Below, one piece after another: positions 36,588 to 47,560 of a DNA stretch of 64,000 nt. The notes under the pieces are model-generated. The model was not told the DNA's origin. It did not search any database and saw only the letters and a program-made list of their open reading frames with translations. Each line of letters opens with the position of its first letter. The first letter of the stretch is position 1. The translations under genes and the position numbers were made by a program. Source of the stretch: Camelus ferus (taxonomy: Eukaryota); NCBI RefSeq assembly GCF_009834535.1, contig NC_045697.1, positions 88,414,001 through 88,478,000 of the forward strand, given 5' to 3'.

Positions 36588-36950
36588 TGGTCAGCGTTTG
36601 CTGCATCAGAGACAACTAAAAAATATCTTAGCGCATATAGCGGTAAGTATTTTTACTCATGTGTATGTTGATTGGCTTGAGTGACTCACTCAGTGGTGGG
36701 GCAGGGGCTCCCTAGGTTGCAGGCTTCGTTTGGTGGGAGTTAGAAGCTCCCAGATGGGTAAGTAGAAACAAGCAATGCTCACAACTGTTACAGACACTGT
36801 CACACACACTGTCACACACACATTGTCACATCTGCCCATATTTTATTGGCCAAAGCACATGGTCTAGCCCAATATGAATGTAATGGGAACGTGTACTTCT
36901 CCCATGAAAGTCATTCAGTGGGAGTGAAAATTTGCTAAATGATAATACTG
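36588..36950 (-). mobile_element. Old MaLR LTR remnant (MLT1-like)
   Basis: tttgctgcatcagagacaactaaaaaatatcttag...tctgcccatattttattggccaaagcacatggtctagccc. Confidence 0.6.
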
Positions 36951-39446
36951 AATCAAATACAGTTAGTCAATTTGTCTTCTAAATCAATAAAATGAGTTGA
37001 AATCATCATGCTGTTAATTAATAAAAAGATCCTTTGAGGGAAAGTGTTTAATTTTTGATTAAGTAAATTTCTGAATTATATACATAAATTAAATGTGTTA
37101 AGTTTAATTAATTGATTCTTAGCTCTATTCCAAAAGTATTTTCATTTTTAAACATATTATTGAACAGTGAGGCATGTTAGATTATAGAGAAGAAAATTTA
37201 TGAACTGTTAATTGTGATGTAGTTGTACATAAGAGCTTGAAATCATTATTTTAATATTTGCTGCATATTTAAGGGTATTTGTCACTGTATACAGTATTCA
37301 ATTTTATATATATATATATTTTTTTTCTTTTTTTGGTGGGAGGGGATGAGTAAACATATCTATTATCCAATCAAGGACTCAAGAACCCAAGGCTTTCTCT
37401 ATTTGGTATTAGGCAGCTTAATAGACAGTACTATGCCATAAATTCTCATGTGTCTCAGAAAGTCTATATATTGCTAGTTATAAAGTGAGTACTTTATTTT
37501 AAATTAAATTAAAATACCTTAGATAAATCATAATCTTATTAAAACAAAAAATACCAAATCTTCTTAAATTTGATGTAATAAAATTATCTTTTAAAAAGTC
37601 TCAATGGTAGATAATATCTTCTAACTTTATTGCATATTTAATATACTGTTGCTTCTTAAATACTGTTCCATAGGAAATTCAATGTGAGTTGTTTTATTTG
37701 ATAAATCATTGAACCAAATTCCTTGAAGCAATCTTATTTGTTGTCCTTATGCTGAACTTTAAGATAATTAATTATTTTATTGAGCTATATATTGGTGTTT
37801 AAAGTCTTTGACTGGAAAAATATTCTATGTTACTTATTTTATTTTTATTTGTCTTACTTGTCTTTATAGACATAATTTCATTTGTGACCTTTAGAAATAT
37901 TCTAGCTCCAGATAAAAATGTATTTGGTAATATATTTCAGTATATTAAATAGAGAATTAAGAGGTGTTTCATGTATACTTTATATATTATATACAAAGGC
38001 ATAATCAGAACCATTTAAGCATAACTTATTTATAGATCATGTACAAGAGCATTATATGCTTGAATGGTACTTAATAATGTCTTCGTGTAGAGAAGATCAG
38101 TGAAAAAACCTTAAAACAATAGCAAACAATTCTAGAAATACAAGCATAGCCTTGAACAACAGTGAAGAAATCTGTCTTAGAACTGTCAGTTGATTTTTAG
38201 CAATAATTTGGGGAACACTGAAGATATAATCTGAATTCATATGTTTTTAGTTAACTGAAGCATAAATAAAAGCATAAAATCTGGAAACTGGATTAATTTG
38301 TTAATAGTAATTCTAGCCTGCTGAATTCAAAATGCCCCAGACTCTTTCCTGACATTGAGATTTTGAACTTCCAAAGTCCCATCTGCTGAGGCAAATGGGC
38401 AATCAATGTTCCTAAATCTGTTGTCTTTAATCTGGTGACATGAAAGGGAGAACTGGGGGACATGAGGTCCAAGGCTAAAGACTTATAACCTCGTGGAGGT
38501 CATCTTCTCCAATAGTATGTTATTAAAAAAAAAATCCCTTTTCATCGTCATATTGCTCAACAGTGCTAAAGATTAATATGGTTCAATCTTAATAGTACAT
38601 ATTTATTTTACACTTGAAAAAGATGTTATTATAATCCTTTGATGACATTGATCTCCAGAGAATAAAATTCTATGCTGTTCATTATCTTTGATGGCTTTCA
38701 TTTTTCCTAAGAACGGTAATGTTTGATGACAATGAATGGCCGTAACACTAGAGACCAAAAATCTGTCTGTCTATTGAAGGGACATGAATGAACCCGGGTT
38801 AAAAGGCTATATGTTAGATTGTCTCCAGTTTTGTTCTTTAGTATTCCTTCTTTATGTTTCCACAAGATTTAATACCAAATTGAAATCTAGATAATGATAA
38901 ACAATTGTTTCCCATAAAAAATTATGTCGTGTGTCTTTCCAGCTTGTGCTAAGGCACGCAAACAACAGCACATCTTAAAGTTTTATATTTTTTTCTGTGG
39001 AAACACATGACTTTAATTCACATGTACCTTTGAAATGTTGCCACTGTTTGTGTACTTCATCAGTAGCGTTCCAAATAGAGCATGAAATTATAGTATTTCT
39101 GTTTTATTATTATTGGCAGGATTAGAGATGAAATAAAATAAAATAGTGTAAATGTGCTATACATGGGAGTTATTGCAATAGAACCAGCTTTACAGATTGT
39201 TCACAAAACAATTCTCTTTAAACTTGCAAAATAGTGTTGTTCATTGTTTCTCAATCTTATGTGCTTTATGAATAGCTATGATTTCTTTCCCTTCGCTTAG
39301 AAGCAGTCCAAACTGAAATTGGCTTTGTTTCCATGCTTCAAAATGAATTCCGCCGAATGGAATATAAATTGAATTGCTGTCAGGAATAAAATCACTCAGC
39401 TGCTATGAATCACAATTTGAGATTTCAAAGAGTGAAATATTCTGAT

Positions 39447-39531
39447 GTGTATGTGTGTGTGTGTGTGTGTGTGTCTGTGTGTGTGTGTTTGTGTGTCTGT
39501 GTGTGTGTGTTTATGTGTCTGTGTGTGTTTA

Positions 39532-39563
<32 letters not shown>
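39447..39563. repeat. Compound (TG)n microsatellite, ~117 bp
   Basis: Interrupted TG dinucleotide array; source of the CVCV ORFs. Confidence 0.95.
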
Positions 39564-39564
<1 letters not shown>

Positions 39565-39849
39565 TCTACCATGTGCTCCTGCTTATATACCAGAAGGAGG
39601 CATAATACATTGCTACTGAACTTTGAAATTCACTTGGAGTTCCAATTTTGCTGAAGTGAAGGACAAGTTTTACCTTTGCCATGACTAGTTTTGACAGTCC
39701 GAGATAGTAGTGCATCATATTTTATGAGTCTCCTTTCTCCATTTATTTCCTAAGCTTTAGTATAAAAAATATTATAGTACTGTATTGTGTTATTTTCAAA
39801 TATTTAACATATTCGGAAGTCTTTTTTCTCTGACATTTATAAGTTTTTT

Positions 39850-41620
39850 TTATTTCTCTTTGGTTTGGAGAAGATACACCTAGATTTCTTTTTGTCATTC
39901 TTGTTTGTTTTGATATTTATCCTATTTGTATCGTCTGAAATCCTGGGATCTGGGGTGTAGTATCTGTCATTAATTTTTGGAAAATTGACAGCCATAATTT
40001 TTTCAAATATTATTTTCCCACCTTGTTCTCTCTATCTTCTCCTTCTGAGACTCCACATATATTAGGTCACTTGATATCCCACTGGTCTTGGATGATCTCT
40101 TCTTCTTTTTTTAAATTTCACTGTTTTGTATGTGTGTGTATGCTTTGCTTTGAGTAGATTTGTTGACCTATTTTCAAGTTTATTGATTCCTCAGCTAAGC
40201 CAATCTACTGATGTGCCTGTCAAAAGCAGCTTTCATCTTTCTTACTTTGTTTTTTTATTCTAGCATTTTCATTTGATACTTTCTTACAGTTTTCATCTCT
40301 GCTGAAATTGCTCACTTAATCATCCATTTTGTCCATCTTTTCTACTATATTAATAGCAGGCCTTATCTTATTAGCAGTTATTTTAAATTCTGTGTCTAAT
40401 GTTTCCAGTATCTGTGGCATAGCAGAATCTGGTCTTGATAATTGCTTTGCCTCTCAACAATGTGTCTTTGCTTTCTTGATTCTTTGCCTATCTTGTAACT
40501 TTTTGATGAAACCTGGAGTTTAATGCAAGACAGTAGAGATGGAGGTAACTAATTTGTAATCCCCTTTCTTCTGTGGACCATTCTTGGAGTATTTAGGAAA
40601 TCTAATCAGTTGAGCTGGGTTGTGGTTTCCTTTTTTTGCTTCTATGGTTATTCTCAGTGTACCACACACTTCACATTTCTCTAGCATTACCTTATGTTTG
40701 AAGTGGGACTGGTTTTCTGAGATATTTTCTTGAATATCTTTTCCATTCACATCTTTAAGTCTTTCCTTTACTTCATGCTTCAGAGAAATTTTCTCTAGAT
40801 GCTTTTGCTCCCCTCCCAGTAGTAAACTACTGTTACTTGATATTTGACTCCTGTTAACTTGTGCCAGAGAGTTTGTATGAATGGTGGTGGTAGATGCGTT
40901 GTTCTCTGTGGTTCTGACTAACTTAAGCGTTAGACAGGCACCATGTACCTGGCATTGATGGTGAGCCTTCTCGGTGATTCTACCCCATCTCAAACTGCAA
41001 GTCTTGGTCCAACATATATTCCTGCCCCTCCCCCAGGGATAAAGAGGACTTGACTCTTCCTTTTCCTGAGCTGCAGTGTTTTTTCACCAGGGGCCTAAGG
41101 GAGAGTGTATTTGTCCTTCTCCCAGTGGTTGAAGGCCTTTGATCTATAGCAGGGCTAGACAAAGACGCAGACGAGCTTGTGCCTTTCCTGAAGTGGCCGT
41201 TTGCTCCTCTCCCCTAAGCCTGCATCACAAGATGCTTCTCAGGATAGTCACCCACTCCCAGCTCTTCCTGTGAGTGTCCAGTGAGAACTTCAGCAGTGAG
41301 TGCAAATTCCTCTTTTATCTACTGTTTCTAGAAGTTCAATATTCTCTCAATCACTTGCACTTTGCCATTAGTATTTTATTAAAATTTTAGCTAAATTCTT
41401 CACTCTGGGTCCAGTGCTATATGCCTTAGGTAAGCAAGGGCTCATGTCTCATTGCTCATTTGAGACACTTGTCTTTCTTAAGATTTTAGCTTAGTTTGTT
41501 GACTTGTGACCTAAGCTCTTTGAGAAAAGTTGTAAATTTGAAGGTTATTTGTTATTAGTTTTGTTGAAATAGTGGGAATGTTGCTCTTTCCACCTTTCTA
41601 AATCCCAAGCAGAAGCCAAG
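39850..41620 (-). mobile_element. Old L1 5' region (5' UTR and ORF1; L1MC/MD-like)
   Basis: Antisense ORF1 text tttggaaaattgacagccataattttttcaaatatt...tctccttctgagactcca, ttcatctctgctgaaattgctcac and gttattttaaattctgtgtctaat. Confidence 0.75.
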
Positions 41621-43040
41621 TGTCCAAACTCAAGGATTTTTTTTTAATTAGATCTAATGTGTTCTTGTAAGAAAAAGAAACCCTCTTCTCCAGCTAAAAA
41701 TGTTTCTCACTTTGGCCATAATAATACCACCTACTCTTTACTGAGTATTGACCTGTGTCAGGCATTTTCTATATAATCTCTCCTTTAATTACTTCTGATA
41801 CCCTATGATGCAAGTTTACAGTGTAATATCATCTTTATTTGCATCCTTATAGTATCTCTACCATTGGCCAAGAATCATTTCCTGCAAGACTAGAAATACA
41901 AAGGAGATGCAAATACATCTCCTGGGCTTGAACGCCACGGATACAAATTCTCCCATATATACATTTTATATGTAACATCTCCTAACATGCCATAAGAAAT
42001 GCAAATCAAATTTATACAGTGTTTTCCTCAGATTCTCACATGGGAAACTAATTCAATCCTTAATTATTTTATGAATTTCAGATTCAATTACCTTGTTAGT
42101 AAAATAAAGTATTACTATCTTGACAAAGTAATTTTGAATACCAAATGGTAAATAACAAGAAAAAAACCTCTCCTTAAAATTCTTAGTCTATAGCTTACAA
42201 TAAAACTTTGTTAACTGAATTGTAAAACACTTATTTTTTATATCAGACAAGTAAACTTTTTGAAGAAGACGAATTCAGTTAATGTTTTACAATTTATTTC
42301 ATTGGAATTAAAATGCAATCTAAAATAAACTTCAGAGCATTTGTGGGAATTTAATGAGCAAACACATTTATGATGGCCAGAGTTCCCTACGGCTCAGATC
42401 ATTATTGCTTATTTGAGATTAATGTGCATCAAATGAGAGCTTTCTGTAGGATAGTTAGAATTATTTTCACCTACAGAGAAATTGGAAAATTTATTATGTT
42501 TATACATTTAATAGTGCCTCACGATATGATCTGTTTTAGTTTAGTTGCTGTTTTTTTTTTTTAAACACATGGTTAGAAAAAACTGACTGAAATATTTCTA
42601 ATTATTTTTTAATAGCACAGTGTTGGATTGTGCATTCTTTTGCCTGTTGGGACAGCATAGAATTAGTGTTTTGTTGTGTTTTGTTTTGTTTTATAGAAGG
42701 ACTCCCAGGCAGATAGTTAGATGAATATATGAGCAATCAGGTGTGAGAAAAGTCTCCATTATTTTCCCAACACTCTCAATAAACTCTTTATTCAGTGTAA
42801 CAAGGAGGGAGAAAATGAAAAAATATTTCTTTATTATTTTTGGATTTTAGGTAGAATCTACCTTGGCATAAATGTTGCACTGTTATAATGTAAAAGAACA
42901 ACTCCCAGCTTGATTTATATATTTGGCTACTCTACTTTCTTCCTCTAGTAGATTATTAACTTTAGGTCCCACTTTTTTTCCCCCTTCTTTTTCCTGTTTC
43001 CCTGAGACTGGCTGGGTTTTTCTGACCCGCAGTTAGTATC

Positions 43041-45218
43041 TGTTGTAGGATGAGTTCTCCAGAAGTGAATTCTGAAATGGAGGTTATCATACAAGAGGAG
43101 ATGTATTAAAGGTGCTCCTGGAACCAACCGTTGTGGAAAGGAGGAGGAGGAAAGAGGATTGGACAGAGGAGAAAGTGGACTGTGCTGTGGTCTCGACAAA
43201 ATCCTCAGCGAATCCCATGGAGAGATCTGAATTTTGAACCATCATCCTTCAGAGTTGTCATGAATTGGAGAGAGATATTCAGCTTTATATTCCCACATTG
43301 ATTAATCTTTGAATGTGAGCCACCCGGGGAAGTGAGCTTGCCTTGGGTGAAGCAGATCTCTTTAACAAAGCACCTCCAGATTAGGGCTGACAGTTGAGGG
43401 GTCTCTGCATGGCGCACTCCCAGAAGGTGAAGAGTAAGTCCTTCTTTCTAAAAGGGGGGTAGCTAACAGTCACAGCATGCATAAGAATCACACCACTCAG
43501 AATCACATCTTTGTATGAAACTTGGGAGCAGCTTTTTCAGGTTTCTGGGAGCTCTTCACCCTGCAAAATTGGTGAGAGGAACTGTAGCTCCCACCACTGT
43601 AGTTGGTCTTTGGTTGCTCACTGTCTCCCTTATCTACTAATCTTTTTAGATTTCTTTGATCTTAGGCTAGCATTTCTCCTGTTCTTGGTGGCTTACATGG
43701 TGATATGACCCAGATTCTTATCCTCGAAAAGTCTGCGCCTGGTAAACAACGTGCTTTTCTGAATCATGACCGCTGCATGTTTCCTATTTACCGTAAAAGT
43801 TGTGGGCAGATTGCGATGAGGTACCCAGGTGGGTTACCTTGGCTGAAACATATTTCTCCCTGGTCCCATTGTGTAACAACATCCCTACCTGGTGATCAGT
43901 GTCAAGTATCCTTTCTAAGATGGTGAGTCGTCCTCTTCTTGGTTCCTGGTCTCTTGGCACAAGGAGTCCAAAGTGACTCCATTGCAACTGATCTTTATAG
44001 TTAAATGGAACCGTTTTTGTGTCCCCCAGTTGCAACATTCTCTCTTTGGGAACCAGAACTTCTAAACCCTCACAGTTCAGAGCTGTAGGAATGGAAAGCA
44101 CAAATTCCCAACAGGGTCTCTTCTTCCTGCCATTTAGATTCTGGGTTCAGGTATCCCACCAGTTGAAGACACAGCACCACGTGAAAGTCATTGATTTAGA
44201 ATGCGCTCTGCTTGCTGGAAGACAAGAAATCCTCCCAAATTACTTTCTCCAAGCTGGTGCTTCACCTGTGTTTTTACTATCTCTTTCTGTTATTTTCATA
44301 GGCCAGAAGTTTCTGGGTAGTATGGTATATAATAGAACCAGTAAACCTCATGGCTGAGCTCATACCAACACTTCCTTTGCTATGAAGTTGTACCCTGTGC
44401 TGGTAAATTACAGTCTTTAAATCCTGGGAAAATATTGTTGACTGAGAAACTGTAGTTAGAAAATGCAAATCCATTATGAGAATATGAGTTTATTCTTACC
44501 AAAAATCAATCTCTGCTGCTTCCTTCCTAGAAAGTATTCAGTGTACTCAGTTACCCACCATGTGGCTAATTGGTGACCTTGAAGGTCTGTGCTGCATGAG
44601 GACTCCTCATTGGTCTCCATCACTGGTGTCTGACCATTCAGCAGTGGCAGTGGTTCCTACACCACTGTAAGTGGGAGCCAGGGCGATTTGACCCTTTGTG
44701 GGCTCCATCCCTGCCACTGTGATTATTCTAGTCATGCACCTGTTGTTCGATCGCTGGGATGGCTGATGACCAGGGATAGCTAAGGTCACTGGTTGGTAGT
44801 TTTGTCTACTCATTTTTTTAATGCCTGTTTTCTTTCCACAGTGTGGATGACCAGCTGTACCACCTAGAGCTCTGTCTTTTGAAAATATTTTTTCTCATCA
44901 CTTTCTTTCATGATTATCTTGTTTCAAGTGCAACCTCTAGCCATTTCCAACTTGCATCCTTAACTGAGCCAAGCCATCCATGACTCATGATTGCTTTCTG
45001 CTTCCTCTCTCAGCTTCTCACAAGGGAACCCCTTCATCAGTCATTAAATATAAGCTGCCTCTGGGCCTGTATTTGGGCAAAGTGGCTCAAACTGAGGCAA
45101 TTCCCCAAAATGGCAAATATCTGATGAATGTCTGCCATCAGCACTCCCACAGCTGGGGAAATAAATCCTTCATTCTTGAAGAGAGATCTAGGTGGCTAAG
45201 ATATAATATATATTTACA
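43041..45218 (-). mobile_element. Degraded ERV-L provirus (LTR16/ERV3-16A3-like): 3' LTR, dUTPase/integrase remnant, partial 5' LTR
   Basis: An LTR at 43041-~43487 is homologous to the LTR at 52651. Internal minus-strand ORF remnants are present. A second partial LTR at ~45050-45218 (cagcactcccacagctggggaaataaatccttc) parallels 43414-43445. Confidence 0.8.
43784..44101 (-). pseudogene. ERV-L dUTPase remnant
   Basis: GLEVLVPKERMLQLGDTKTVPFNYKDQLQWSHFGLLVP...ILDTDHQVGMLLHNGTREKYV matches the ERV-L dUTPase pattern (GLEVLVPKGG..PGDT..PLNWKL.LPPGHFGLL...IDPDYQGEIGLLLHNG). Confidence 0.85.
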
Positions 45219-45534
45219 ACTAGGATAATAATTTCCCAGAATAAGAAGGTAGAAAATTTGACTATGTTTTATCCTAAAATGACAGGTGTCTTGATGCTTT
45301 GCCCCACTAAGCTTCCAACTCAAGAGATTAACAATGAACAATTATCCTCAAACTATAATTACAATAAAATATAGAACACTGGGCCCTCTGGGCCAGAGCA
45401 TTTCTGTATTAAAGTTCTTGCTTACCAAAAAATCAAATGCAAACTTCCATAGTTCAGACACCCCAAACTCTCTATAGTCTGGTCCCAATTGACTCTCCAA
45501 CTAATTCCTCATTTATCTCAGCCACTTACTGTAT

Positions 45535-45690
45535 ATTCTTAGTGCCATCAATTTTATCCTCACCACAACCCTCTGAATTAGATTTTATTATCTACATTTT
45601 ACAGACAGGGTGGAAAAGGCTTAGAGAGGTTCAGTAATTTGCCTGAGGCTACACATTTTTTTCTAGTGGCAGAACTGGGATGTCTACCAT
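45535..45690 (-). mobile_element. MIR remnant
   Basis: atcctcaccacaaccctctgaattagattttattatctacattttacagacaggg...aggcttagagaggttcagtaatttgcctgagg. Confidence 0.8.
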
Positions 45691-46231
45691 TCTTCATCAC
45701 TCCAAATTTTTATTCATATTGCCTTCCATGTTTGATAAATATGACTGACTTAGAAATGGATCTGTAGTCCAACCAATAAACAAAAATATTAAGCTGTAAA
45801 AATACCTCCCCCTAACTTATTAATTCATTTAGCTTTTTATCCAAACTAACCAAATCAATCCATTCTGATAGTCTTTCAATAAACTAATCAATATGGAAAG
45901 TAAGTTTATAAATAGGTATTGATACACTGTTTTTAAAGTTACAGAGTTCAGTAAACAGCTGTTTAGTTCATGCCTTTGACTTTATACAGTGCATGCAAAG
46001 TGAATTCCCTGCAGAATGTGTAGGCTCTGAGGTGCAGAAGGATAATAGAAAGAGCAGGGGTGTTTTTGTTTTTTAAATATTCTTTAATTGAATTTCTATT
46101 GTGATTTGAACTGATGACAGAAGCATACAATCTAATTTCCAAGAGGTTCATCTTTGAGAGGTTTAACCACAGTCAGTTTATAACTCAGCACTAGTCTCCT
46201 CCTCTGGGCGGCACCCTGCGTTTAGGGTGGC

Positions 46232-46587
46232 TTATTAGTGTGAGAGGGCTACCTTAACGAAGTGTCACAGACTGGGTGTTGTAAACCACAGACATTTATT
46301 TTCTCTGTCCTAGAGGCTAGAAGTCTGAGATCAAGGTGCTGGAGGGGTGAGTTTCTTATGAGGCCTCTCTCCTTAGCTCCCAGGTAACTGTCTTCATGTT
46401 CACAAGGTGCAATTCCTCTATGTCTGTGTCCAAATTTCCTCTTCTTATAAAGACATCTGTCATATTGGGTTAGGGCTCACTCCAATGACTTCATTTTAGT
46501 TTAATTACCTCTTAGAAACCCTGTCTCTAAATACAGTCACACTCTGAGGTAATAGAGGTTAGGACTTCAACATTTCAACCCATAGCA
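46232..46587 (-). mobile_element. MaLR solo LTR (MLT1B/C-like)
   Basis: cacagactgggtg...gaggctagaagtctgagatcaaggtg...tcttcttataaagacatctgtcatattgggttagggc...aggacttcaacat...catagca. Confidence 0.85.
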
Positions 46588-47419
46588 GGAGGGGAGTACT
46601 TGTGGAGGCCACAGCATTGGTTGGCAATGTTGGGTCTTGGTTGGCTTCTGGGCTCTCTGGCATGCTTTGAGGTGTATGTTGTCAGGCCTGGCCATCAGCC
46701 ACTCTTTGAACACCAGTTGATCCACATGCTTTTCTGCTGACATCTTGTCTCACCATGAGACTGTTGGGTCTGGGTCTGTGGACTCTCCATCTCAGTTAAC
46801 TTCTACATCCTTCTGGGATTTGAGGGGAGGTTTGAATCTTCTCCTACGGATGGGCTACAGGAAAGCCACTGACTCTGCCTTGGTTTTTCTCTTTCTGCAA
46901 TTCTCCAGGTAGCCTTTGCAATTCTCTGCAATTCTCCAGGTAGCCTTCAACCCAGGGAGCTCCTTTAAGGCTGCCTTCCTGTGAGCAGGTACCAGATCCT
47001 TTTGCCTTAAAATCCCTGGACTTGTCTGCCCATTTATCATCTTCCTCTTGGAGTGAATATTGAACAGTTTCTTCTCAATTTTCCTCCTCTCCAATGCTCT
47101 CCTTTCTTCCTCATCTTGAAAGAGTTTTTGCTCTTTATGTATAAAGGCAGAAGAAGGAATGGGGTAATGAACTAGTTCTCCCTAATTCAGAATTTTCTAT
47201 AATCTATTCTTTCTTTCATCTGGACTGTGACTTTTGAGTAAAACCTAAGAATTTGCTCCCCTTGGACTTCAGTTACTTGAGAATAAGGTTGCTTCATGTG
47301 TTTCAATTTGAATGGAGTGTTTTACTTAAAAGGATAGGAAAGGTTAAAAAATATACATAGTTTAATACTGCCGAAAGATATTCCTCTACATAATATCTAT
47401 CAAAAGTCAGTAGTAGTAG

Positions 47420-47560
47420 CCAAGAGCCCCAGTGTCTAATTGCAACTTTCCTAGTGAGTTTAGGCTTGGCACTTATTTTTTATGGACTTTAGTTACTCAT
47501 CTATAAAATGAAGAGGTTTGTGTAGATAATGTTTGAAGTCCTTCCCAGAATTAAAGTACT
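47420..47560 (+). mobile_element. MIR3/MIRc-like remnant
   Basis: agttactcatctataaaatgaagaggtttgtgtagataatgtttgaagtccttcccag. Confidence 0.6.

Noticed and set aside
39405..39654. Cys/Val-rich ORFs (also 3113, 11906 and 60254)
   Set aside because: They are translations of TG/CA microsatellites or low-complexity DNA.
40520..40993. Longest ORF (157 aa) as a gene
   Set aside because: It lies inside a decayed L1 5' region, with no recognisable domain or promoter/splice context.
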